Source: Octopus vulgaris | Taxonomy: Eukaryota | NCBI GenBank assembly: GCA_951406725.2 | Contig: OX597814.1 | Span: forward strand, 93,558,001 to 93,622,000 | Length of the DNA: 64,000 nucleotides | Direction: 5' to 3' | Shown here: positions 52,130 to 64,000 of the stretch, piece by piece | Layout: each line of letters opens with the position of its first letter | Position numbering within the stretch: position 1 is the first letter of the stretch | The notes under the pieces: model-generated | The model's input: the letters and a program-made list of their open reading frames with translations, nothing else | Databases searched by the model: none | What the model was told of the DNA's origin: nothing | Program-made: the position numbers and the translations under genes

Positions 52130-52512
52130 TTCTCTTGTTTGAGTTATTGCACTCTGGCCACGCTAAGGAATCACCTTGAATGGTTTAGTCAAAACTAATT
52201 GTCCTCAGTACTAGTTCTTTTATTTAGGTCAGGTACTTATTCTATCGGGTTATTTTTCTGAACAGCTAAGTTACGAAGACGTTAACAAACTGACACAGGT
52301 TGTCAATGTGTATGGGACAAAGACACACGCACGCAAGCACACACACATACACGCGACAGGTCTCCACACAGTCTCCGCCTACCAAATACACTCACGCGAC
52401 ATTGGTCGGCCCAATGCTATAGCAGAAAACACTTTTCCAAAGTGCTGCGCAGTGTGATTGAAAGTACGGGGCTGCAAACCGAAGTTCTCAAGTCACGCAA
52501 CCATATCTGCGC
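52130..52512 (-). mobile_element. SINE family B, diverged
   Basis: GGTACTTATTCTATCGG..CTACCAAATACACTCAC..GCTATAGCAGAAAACACTT. Confidence 0.8.
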
Positions 52513-53366
52513 TTATACACAACCACACTTCTCTTTTAAGTTCTCTTCTATCCAGGATCAAAATTGCCTTTCATTTATTATGCCTTTCATTTATTCATTT
52601 ATTCATGCTTCTCTCTTAAGAATTCAATGTGCGAAACCAATAATTCATTTAATATGGAAATAGATTTTGCATAAATCAATTGGAATTGCGCTCAACATCG
52701 ACTGAGTTCAATACCTGCTTTACTTTCATCTATTCAGGGTCGATATATTAAGTGTTGGAAAATACAGAGGCGATTCAATTTTCTTTCGGAGAAAATTGTC
52801 CTTGTGCCAAATCAAAAGAAATCTGTATTTTATTTAATACATTCAAAGTAATTTCATTTCATGCTAGTTCAAACACAGTAATTCATATTCTAACTGTCTA
52901 CTTATCTAAATTGTCTACATAAATGTTTGTTTACGAAAACAATAGAAAAATAAAAATAAAATATATTTCTGTACGTAAGTGATGATAAAACGAATATTCG
53001 TTTTTAAAAAAGTGATTAAATGCATCTCCGACTCCTATAATAAACAACAAAATAAAATTGAAAAGTTAATTAGTCTATATAGGAAATAATTTCAAAGAAT
53101 GCTCACAAATTATGGACATTAGTAATATTATACACAGACAAATGTCTTTTAGGTACCACTTTATTTTATTTCCATATTACCATATGCATCTACTTATTGT
53201 CTAAAGATATAAATGTTCAGTACATCATCACCATTTTATTCTTTCATATTAGGCATGTGATTCCGCTTTCACAGCGTTCGGCTGAAGAATAACTGGAGTA
53301 TTTATGCGTTGGGTGTATGTGTATTTGTCGATGTGTGTATTTGAACCTGGTTTGAGAAGGTACTCT

Positions 53367-53515
53367 GGAGGCCAATGGGTTAGTGGCTTGGATATTAGTA
53401 TCATGGTCATAACGTCGTGGTTTCGATTCTTGGACCTGGTGGTGTAGTGTCACCTTGAGCAAGACAATCCATTTTACTTTTCCCCAGTATATACAGCTAT
53501 ATATAAGTACCAACT
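53367..53515 (+). mobile_element. SINE family C-related head
   Basis: GGAGGCCAATGGGTTAGTGG..GGTTTCGATTCTTGG..CACCTTGAGCAAGACA. Confidence 0.7.
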
Positions 53516-53978
53516 AAAATGTCTGTGTAACTTGCTCCCTTCTCCCCTGAAGTTGTTACATCCTCGAAGGATAGGAGACGAAATGGATGCTTATGTCTGC
53601 TTGTCACTATATCCTTATGTCTGCTTGTCACGTTGACCTGTTAGTCAATGTGTGGAACAAGTTACCAGATTATAGTTGCATGTGTGTCACGGTTTTTTCC
53701 CCAACAGATGCCATCTGCTATGTTTGACGTAGTACGCGAGGAATACTGTTATTTATCATAGCCCTTCTTTTAAAGCTGAAGCGATTCCTAGTGGGATTTC
53801 AGTTCCTTAGGCTAAAAGCATCAGTTTTACGTGAGATGTTGTCCATGCGTTGATTTGTCTTCTGTCTTACATCTTATCACTGTTATCTCTGCCTAAATAA
53901 GAATCCATACTTTTGTGTGATATTTAGATCTCGAAGGAATACATTGTTGAGAGTAGAATGTATATCTATCACAATACC

Positions 53979-54199
53979 TATTTCTTTACTATCCACAAGG
54001 GGCTAAGCACAGAGAGGACAAACAAGGACAGACAAACGGAATAAGTCGATTATATCGACCCCAGTGCGTGATTGGTACTTATTTAATCGACCCCGAAAGG
54101 ATGAAAGACAAAGTCGACCTCGGCGGAATTTGAACTTAGAACGTAGCGGCAGACGAAATATTTCGCCCGGCGTGTTAACGTTTCTGCCAGCTCGCCGCC
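53979..54199 (-). mobile_element. SINE family A (long-tail) with perfect 16-bp TSD
   Basis: TATCTATCACAATACC at 53963-53978 and 54200-54215. Confidence 0.95.
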
Positions 54200-55534
54200 T
54201 ATCTATCACAATACCACACTGACAAAACTCAATAGATATAATTATCCTTACCTCTTGCCCAGATGTAGCATTATTTGGTTTTGTTACGTTAAACTGACAC
54301 TTTATAGAAGGTAGTAGAATAGTCGAAGCCGTATACAACCAGATTTTAAAATTACTTTTCGACACTTCCAATTATAATCTGCCGTCGATTCGCCTTCACG
54401 GATATAAACTATGTACCAGGAGTACACTAGGGTTGAAGGGATTCATTATCACCTTTCCTAAAGTTTCTGGCCTGGTGTCAGCGTAAGAAATAATTAACTG
54501 TACAAATAATCATATAAGTTATGTCTGTAATTTTCGTGAAAATCATTGATTTTCATTAGTAGATGTTATCAAGTGTTTTTTTATTAACAGTCGACATGAA
54601 ATACATCTATCCAGCAAGGATTTATCAATGAATTTTCCTTATAAAGGTGATACTGGTGTGCATCTAATGACCGATATTATCTTTCATACCAAGAGATCTG
54701 TGTCTAATAAATTAAGGTAATTGTCAAGCTTCTGGGCTTAAAAAAGCTGTGTCCGAAACGTTAAATAATTTTTCTATTGTCATATAACATTTGTCAAAAA
54801 TATATTACGCTACGTTGAAGTTTGGAATTCCTCCTGTTACAGCTGTACAATCCGTAAACACCAGCGAAAGGTAAAGATGTGGATAAATTAACATTAAAAC
54901 CACGGGGAATATTTGGTAAGAACGTCAATAGTAACATTCTACTTGTGACGCGTATTCACTTTAAGCAAGTGTTCCCCAAAATTATTTGTATCATGCACCG
55001 GCTTCATAAAAGACTATTTTTTCATAGACCGGGGGATCACGCGGTTAGCAGTACACAATAAAGCGCATGATATATGGTTTAATTATTGTATGTATAGTAA
55101 ATATATTACGTAATATAAATTTTTAGTATAAGATATGGATTTAGAGAATCGTGTGGCTATCACAGAAAGCTATTTTAACAGACTCGGCTTTCAGAACAAA
55201 TAGTATTCCAAAACAGAGAAGTGTAATGCAGAGTGCCCATACACCTGAAATCTAGAAGGTTTGATGGATTAAATTGTTTCATGTGGAGTATCTAACTCAT
55301 AAAAGTCAGAAGGTATGAGAAGAGAATGTATTTACTTAACCACTTGACATCCTTAGGATTACGGCTGTTTCGTAGCCTTCTTCATGTTGTGATAATTTCT
55401 ATGTCATAAATTGTTTACATGTTTGCATTAATATGCATTATACAATACAATTGTATATTAACAAATCAATTCAAATCAAGAAAGCTAACTCAGCAGATTA
55501 CCAAAATATCATGTTTACATCTGCGACTTCAGAC

Positions 55535-55836
55535 TATGTATGTGTGTGTATATATATATATGTATGTATATATGTATATATGTATGTATATATGTATATA
55601 TATATATGTATGTATATATGTATATATATATGTATGTATGTATATATATATGTATATATGTATATGTGTATATATGTATGTATGTATATGTATATGTGTA
55701 TATAAGTATGTATATGTGTATATATGTATGTATATATGTATGTATATGTATATGTGTATATATGTATGTATATGTGCATATATGCATGTATATGTATGCG
55801 TATATATGCATGTATATGTATGTATATATATGCATG

Positions 55837-55867
<31 letters not shown>

Positions 55868-55882
55868 GTATGTATATATATG

Positions 55883-55915
<33 letters not shown>

Positions 55916-55930
55916 GTATGTATATATATG

Positions 55931-55989
<59 letters not shown>

Positions 55990-57266
55990 ATATATATATA
56001 CGTGTATGTATATATATATACGTATGTATATATATATACGTGTATGTACATATATATACGTATATGTATATATATATACGTATATATATATATATACGTG
56101 TATGTATATATATATACGTGTATGTATATATATATACGTGTATATATATATATACATATATACGTGTATATATATATACGTGTGTATATATATGTGTATA
56201 TATATATATGTGTATATGTATATGTATATATATATATGTATATACGTGTATATATATACGTGTATATATATATATATATATATACGTGTATATATATATA
56301 TACGTGTATATATATATATGTATATATATATATGTACATGTATATATGTACGTATATATGTATATATGTACGTATATATGTACGTATATATACATGTATA
56401 TATGTACGTATATATACATGTATATATGTACTTATATATATACATGTATATATGTACGTATATATATATATACATGTATATATGTACGTATATATATGTA
56501 TGTACATGTATATATATATGTATGTATATGTATATATATATATGTATATGTGTATATGTATATATATATATGTATATATGTACATATGTATATATTTACA
56601 TATATATATATATATGTGTATACATATATGTGTGTATATATATATGTATGTATATGTATGTATATGTATGTATATGTATATGTATGTATATGTGTGTATA
56701 TGTATATATATATATGTACATATGTATATATTTACATGTATATATATATGTGTGTATATATATATGTATGTATATGTATGTATATGTATATATATGTATA
56801 TGTATGTATATGTATGTATATGTATATATATGTATATGTATGTATATGTATATATATGTATATATATGTATATGTATATATATGTATATATATGTATATA
56901 TGTATATGTATATATGTATGTATATGTATATATGTATATATGTATATATGTATGTATATGTATATATGTATATATATGTATATGTATATATGTATATGTA
57001 TATATATATATATGTATATGTATATATATATTTGTATATATATATATGTGTATATATATATGTGTGTATATATATATGTGTGTATATATATGTGTATATT
57101 TATATATACATGTGTATATATATATACATATGTATATATATATATGTATGTATGTATATGTGTATGTATGTATATGTATGTATATGTATATATATGTATG
57201 TATATGTATGTATATGTATATGTGTGTATATGTATATATGCATATGTATATATGCATATGTATATA

Positions 57267-57313
<47 letters not shown>
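55535..57313. repeat. 1.8-kb complex (TA/TG/CG/CA) satellite with near-strict purine-pyrimidine alternation
   Basis: Directly visible; produces all six long YI/CM-rich ORFs. Confidence 0.98.
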
Positions 57314-57319
<6 letters not shown>

Positions 57320-57669
57320 ATATACAATGTACAGAAGACCGAGAATAGATAAGATTAGCTTGGTTTGGTCAATAAAATAAAGACATGTTTTTACCCATCA
57401 GAAAAGCAACCATCCTTAATTTTAACAAAAAAAGGGGAAGGTATAAAAAGAGTAAGTAGTTAAAGTCTTTAATTTAACTACTTGTTCTTTTTATACCGTT
57501 AAAAGAATTTTAAAATTACATATAAAGAAACATTGTAAATAAATGAAATTGGGAACAGACAACTGGAGATATAAAGATTAAACCAAAAAATAGAATAAGC
57601 TTCAATTGGTTTAAAAGGTCAAAAGACCACACAAAAACTTAAGGATATTAAATTACATCATTTCCTTTC

Positions 57670-57980
57670 ACTTATATTGCTGATGCGTTTGATAAATGCA
57701 TGGACATCACATACTCATATCATATCTCCTCTCATTTTCGTTCTCTCTCTGACTGTTAGAGCAAATAAGAATTTACGTTCGTACTCTCAGTTCGTCACCA
57801 AATCTCATTTTAGAATCAAGATCATTTCTTCTGCTCAACCCTCTAACGATTTTGCTACCTCAACAATAATACCAGGAGTGGCATGCAACTCAGCACCGAT
57901 CAAGATGTTTCAACATTAGCAAACTAATTTTTAACTCACAACACTCTTTCACATGATCTAATGTGATTTCATTCAATCTA
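57670..57980 (+). mobile_element. Possible Penelope-like GIY-YIG C-terminal remnant
   Basis: IADAFDKCMDI..ISSHFRS and KLIFN..NTLSHDL loosely follow LADRFxEHxxDI..HF..LIFxLxTLxPxGLN. Confidence 0.35.
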
Positions 57981-58433
57981 AGACGTATTATATTCGTTGT
58001 CTCATATATTTGCATTGAAAGAAAATCTCATATCTAATTTTTTTTACCTTTCCTCTCTTTTATAAAGAAACTCAATGTAGATTACCTTTCTATAATAAAT
58101 ACATATTTTCTAGTCATACCATATTTATATCTCTGCTTCACTATTTCTATTTTACTATTTTTGTGTTTTGTTTCATGTCTTTTCTGGGGTTTTTTTCTGT
58201 TGTTTCGCCATGTCTTTCAGCTCTTGACGTATGTGTTTTCTCATACGTGTATTATTGATTAAACATCTTTTCACCAAACACACGCACCTACATATTTGCA
58301 AGCGGCCATACATATATGTATAAACACATACACACACTTATATACATATATACATACATATACATCTATACATGTATATATGTATATATATGAATATATA
58401 TATATAAAAATGAATAGGAATATATATACTTAA

Positions 58434-58486
<53 letters not shown>

Positions 58487-58600
58487 AATATACATGTAGA
58501 GGTAGGTATGTACATATATTTATATATATATGCATATGTTTTAATTATTGATATATTATATGACGGAACGCACGCATCCATTTCTAAGTAAGATTGTTCT

Positions 58601-58652
<52 letters not shown>

Positions 58653-59152
58653 GTGTGTGTAAGTATGTATGTATCAATGTATTCATATACACCCTCATGC
58701 GTATGGATATACCTCCTGCTATTCCTTCTCGCACCTTCTCAATTTTTGCACCTCTACTGATGCTCTTTTTGTTATAGCAGTCTTTCTTCAGACACTTGTC
58801 GCATTCTCTTCATTTCGTTTATCAAATAATTTACATTGATTTACATTGCCGTTTCATCCTGACTGTTTAAACATGTCAGTTAATCTTTAATCTAAACAAA
58901 TTATGCTAACTCACTTATATATGAATAACTGTCTGAATACACCTACCATATGCATACACATACATACACACACAAATATATGTACGTATATGTATGTTTG
59001 TGTTTATATATATAAATATATAAGCGTATGTAGATATGTGTATGTGTGTACATATAGATATATATATATACACTGTGTATATTTCAATACGTAATTATAT
59101 ATATGGCTTGTAGCAATCTATATACGTTAGTGTGTGTGTATATATATAAATG

Positions 59153-59245
<93 letters not shown>

Positions 59246-59779
59246 TTTGAAGCACTGTATTTGCTCATAAGAACGGAAATATAAATGCATAGAAAAACCG
59301 AAATATTTATGCATACTGACATCGAATTCATTTCTCTTCTCTTTGCTTGAAATTGAAAGAATTCAAAAATTGAAACGTACTCAATATACATATGTATGCA
59401 TGTATGCATGTGTGCATGTGAGTATATGCCTTATAAGCATGTAATATAAATATGTGTGTATGCGCGTGTATGGTTTATAGTACCTTATTATTCATGTTTC
59501 TATGTCTAAGTGTGTAACTAACTCTCATTTTTACCACTCAAACCTAGTCTTTTTTTTAGTATCTAAGCTTCAATAGCCTCGTAAATTTAGAATGAAGAAA
59601 ATACAAAGAATTTAATGTGCATACTTACATGTAACATATTAATTTATTAGTGTTATGTTTGTTGTAGTTCTTCTGAAGAAGCATGAAGCGATGCCATCAT
59701 CATGATTATAATTATTATCAATCTCCTACTCGTCATCATCAACATCATCATCATCAGCAGCAGCAGCATGATCATTCGG

Positions 59780-59952
59780 ACCAAATGATTTGCTCTATTT
59801 AGTTACGGTTCTTCACGTTTTTATTTCAAATTCTGCTGTGGTCAACTTTGCCTTTCATCCATCGGGGTGAATGAAATAAGTACTGGTTGAGCACTGGGGT
59901 GTAAATAATCGACTCACCCCATTCTCACTAAATTTCAGGCCTTCTGCCTACA
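59780..59952 (+). mobile_element. SINE family A, diverged
   Basis: TTCAAATTCTGC..GTCAACTTTGCCTTTCATCC..GAGCACTGGGG..AATTTCAGGCCTT. Confidence 0.8.
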
Positions 59953-60169
59953 TTGTGGGCCAAAGTCACGAAAAGATATAAAATTTTAATGAATAAAATA
60001 TATTATTGTTTGAATTTAGATGTAATTGTTCCCACCTGATTTACGTCTATTTTCTATATATATCTTTATATGATGCTAAGGGATTGTAAATTTAAAACAA
60101 AATATTAAGAACTTATTAGATATAGAAACACACTCGGGACTTTTGGCCCAACCTATATTAATAGAAATG

Positions 60170-60225
<56 letters not shown>

Positions 60226-60712
60226 CATTGAGTGAGAGAGCAGCACATGCCATCAAAGTGACACTGGGGTAAAATATACGGAGCCCAGTTTACCCATCAT
60301 GACTACTCGTTTGATAAGGGTACAGTAGGCACATGATTCACACACATGTGTGCGCAACATGGTGATCTCATATCAAGATAACCAGCGCATGACCTTGCAG
60401 GTGGGGCCCAGTTATAATTTACTTCAGGTCGAGTGGCCCATCCCGCTCAAAACCTCCCTGAATAAGGGTTGTTTAATGATGTTGAACGAAATACCCATGT
60501 TTCCAGGGTTGAATTATTCATACCTCAAAGAATTCCTCTCAACACATAGCTATCATGCTCCCTCACTACATCTGCTCGTGATCAGAGATGCATATATCAT
60601 CCCATCAAGGGACATGCTCAACTGATGAAGATCAAACAACTGACAAGCAAAATGTGGTACTGGGCAGAATATTTGCTGTAGCCCACCTTTTATAGCAAGA
60701 CATGGGCTACAG
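60226..60712 (-). mobile_element. Repeat family D ending in a (TAA)n tract (probable Dong-type 3' UTR)
   Basis: On the minus strand it runs directly into (TAA)n at 60170-60225; homologous to 36755-36965. Confidence 0.65.
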
Positions 60713-61034
60713 CAATTACTCTTGTCAACGAGCTTTATACTGTATTAATAAAATAGGAGATGGAATGTGTATTAGACTTTATTGAGTACAACACATATTT
60801 CAACCCGTCGTTCTGGGTCTTTTCGGATTCATCAATAAAAAAAGTTGCAGTAGAGATTTCTTAAGTCGGCTTGCTTACCACTACATGTCAATCAAATTCG
60901 AGAACGTATGTATGTATGTATGTATGTATGTATGTATGTATGTATGTATGTATACACACACACGTATGTATATATCTATATATGTACCTACATATATACA
61001 TGCGTGTGTGCATATGTACATGCATACATATATG

Positions 61035-61051
61035 TCTATCTATCTATCTAC

Positions 61052-61133
<82 letters not shown>

Positions 61134-61172
61134 GGATGGATGGATGGATGGATGGATGGATGGATGGATGGA
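61035..61172. repeat. Compound tetranucleotide microsatellite (TCTA)n(TCTG)n(TGGA)n
   Basis: Directly visible. Confidence 0.97.
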
Positions 61173-62893
61173 TCTATGCATGTGGTTAATAAATATAAGC
61201 GGTTGCCATGTTTGTTCGCTGGATCTTTCTTATAGATAACGTCAAATTCTTTACTGAAGCAATTAAGCATTCTTCGTCTTGCATCAGTCATAAGTTAAAT
61301 GACAAAATTAAATAGCCTAACATTTCAACTAGTTTCTTAATACTTTGTATCATGTGATAGTCACACAGTTGACTTGCACATAACTTATACATGTAGCTAG
61401 CTTAATTATTTTTTTGTTTCCTGTACAAATATGTCTGCTTTGTGAGTAAACTTTTGTTTACCTTGTTAGGAATTTTGTTAAAGTTTGTTATCCAAAGCAG
61501 CCTGATGTGTACGTAACTACATTAGGCTTGATTGTTGGACAACTTGATAGAATATGGTGAATAATATCAGAAACGTACGTTGATGTTGATCGAGAATAAG
61601 ACCAAGTCTTCTCTCGATACTTTCAATCAACCCACGGAATTATACGGTAAGAAACTCATATCCGATGATGCAGGTGACGGTCGGTAACACTGTTCCTTCA
61701 CGGTTGCTGTTATTTAATCTCTAATTCGGCCCCGTTCCAGCCATGAGCAGCTCCTTTTGTTTAATTTTCTATTTCTGTTTTACTTTTTTAAATTTTAATT
61801 TTAAAACGGTTGGTTGTTCTTGGAAGAGATTTGGTAGGCATTTTCATTTGAGGCCTCCTTCTGTTTATCTACTTCTTTCTCGATTGTTTGTCATAGTCAT
61901 TATACTTGTCATTTAAAACTTATTTTACAAACTACCTCTGCTTCGTAATAATCTAATTGTTAGAAATTTTCGAAGAATTTAATTGCATCTCCGATGATCG
62001 ATTTACTGCTTTTCTTGTCATCTTATTTCCTAGTAGTATCGACACGATTTTTATTTGCATTTCAAAGATAATGTCCGATCTTCTACAGTAGTAGTAGATA
62101 TTTGTCACCATCTCTTCTGAAATTCAGAATCGTTGAGTGTCTGATTTATGGTACTGTAAATGGTGACTTTATAGCAGTTTCTAATGTTGCTATTGTGCCA
62201 GTTCTTCCACGTTTTAGAATTACAAAAGTGGAAATCAATCTTCGTAGTTTTCAACGGTAAGTTAAAACTGAGAAGATGCTAACCATGAAAGGAAAAGCTT
62301 ATACGTTAAATTAGAGCATTAGTGGTTGAGTATTCTACATAAACGCGTACCCTTTGCGTAGTTCTCTGGTAGAATCATCGTCGTACATTGACAAGGATTG
62401 CTCTTTGTATTGCATGAACAATCTATCCGACTGGCTTCCAAACATTTTCTATCTATCCACTTTCACTTAAAAAGGATACTCGTTTAATATATCACACCGT
62501 AGGATAGTTCCCAGGAGCTTAGGATTGCAAAGGAAACTTCTTATAGTTGTATTGGATATATATGGAAATCCTGCGTTATCTAGGTATATATTTTTGTATG
62601 CAAGAAAAAGGTATAATCTAGCTGAAAACGTTGGTTCTATTGATAACTTGTTATAAAAGCTTGTTCAAATTATATTTCACTAAATCAAGTACTACTACTA
62701 CTACTACTACTATTACTACTGCCCCTTTCATAGTTTACTCCCAAAAGATGCAAGGCAATTTTGGTCACGAAGAAATCTGAACTGAGAATATAAAGGACCG
62801 TAACTAAATACCGTAAGACATTTTCCGGACGAACTAACTAACTGTCCTGACAGGGAATTGCCCATTATTATTAATACTAAAAACTTTTGTTTT

Positions 62894-63090
62894 AGGCAGC
62901 GAGCTGGTAGAATCGTTAGCACGCCGGGCAAGATGCTTTGCGGCATTTCGTCCGTCTTTACGGTCTGAGTTCAAATTCAGCCTTTCGAATTTGACAAAAT
63001 GAATATCAGTGGAATGCTGGGGTGAATGTAATCGACTTTCCCATTCCCAGCACTTGCTGGCCTTTTGCCAAAATTTGAAATCAATATTTT
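62894..63090 (+). mobile_element. SINE family A (short-tail)
   Basis: AGGCAGCGAGCTGGTAGAATCGTTAGCACGCCGGGC..CTGAGTTCAAATTC..GCCAAAATTTGAAATC. Confidence 0.88.
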
Positions 63091-64000
63091 AAATTTTTTC
63101 TTTCGGTGTACTATTATGTGTTGGTTATTCTTTCCTTCATTCAGCCATACAATATTTGGTACTACATTATTTCCTTATTACGAAAATGTACTTCTCAGAC
63201 AAGTGATTTAATGTGTGATATTATGTTGAAATTAACACAGTTGTAGCGTGGAAGAATTGGTCTCTGACAACGTTACACTGCAGTGTAACGTTCACTGTGA
63301 CTAGTTCGCAGTGACGAGCGACAGAAATGTTGACACCTATTACAAATAATAAATGTTTAAGTGAAGTTAAAAATCATTGTGCGTTTCAGAGCGGCTAACG
63401 TGTGTCTTCCAGACAGTATCATTTCCCTAGTTTTCCTTAGATTTAAAAATATAAGCATACGCTTTTAGAGAGATTTTGTATCATTGTTAGCATGATGTGT
63501 GGCTGTGTAGAGGCTCCCTTACTTGTAAGCATCAAGTCGTAAAGTTCAATGACTCCCGTATGTGTGCCTTTTCCTACGAATAAAGCTTGTTTTACACGAG
63601 TAAATGAGGATAGCAAACGGCGACTGAAACTTTTCCTGTAATTTGAATACACTCTATTTGGCATCAGCGTATTTCCTTATTTTATTCTTTTCATAATAAA
63701 GTTAACCATAACTGACATATTTATGCCAAAGATGAAATTATATTAAGCTAGTTGCAAGCTTTAGTCGAGAACATTAACGATATGAGCACAAATGAAGTGA
63801 AGCTATTAAAACCAGCTAGTCAAACTGTGTATACATTATCGGTATTAATTCACGATGTCTTGTATATTACAAAGAGTAATGAAAGAATAAGTTTTTAAAG
63901 TGATATGTACTCTTTTTTGGTACAACTTCCATCAATTTTTGTACATGATGACTATAGCCAGCCAATGAGATATTGGGTTTAAACTAACTGATTGATTTTT

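Noticed and set aside
55419-57352. Six overlapping ORFs of 296-633 aa
   Set aside because: Stop-free only because RY-alternating sequence cannot form TAA/TAG/TGA; the products are YI/CM/HT runs on both strands.

Overview
Eukaryotic, AT-rich, repeat-dominated DNA with no intact protein-coding gene recognisable. The SINE families and microsatellite load look like an octopus/cephalopod genome (inference from recognised repeat sequences; no database check). Contents: many copies of at least three tRNA-like SINE families; decayed non-LTR retrotransposon fragments (RTE/BovB, R4/Dong, CR1-like, an APE-bearing LINE, a probable L1/Tx1 3' end); Penelope-like GIY-YIG remnants; DNA-transposon relics (Helitron, mariner, Tigger, hAT-like and other MITEs); abundant microsatellites; and a 1.8 kb purine/pyrimidine-alternating satellite. 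Almost all ORFs in the supplied track are microsatellite artefacts. The most notable signal is about 12 short elements carrying minimal type I hammerhead-ribozyme (HHR) motifs, several arranged as outward-facing inverted pairs and most next to microsatellites such as (TA)n. Best cases: a near-intact HHR in a 130-bp palindrome (31316-31446), an HHR with a compensatory G3-C8 core swap (50211-50261), and a decayed HHR attached in inverted orientation to a Penelope endonuclease remnant (25626-25954). A few weak exon candidates are also noted. Boundaries of decayed repeats are approximate, and all folds and translations were done by eye.
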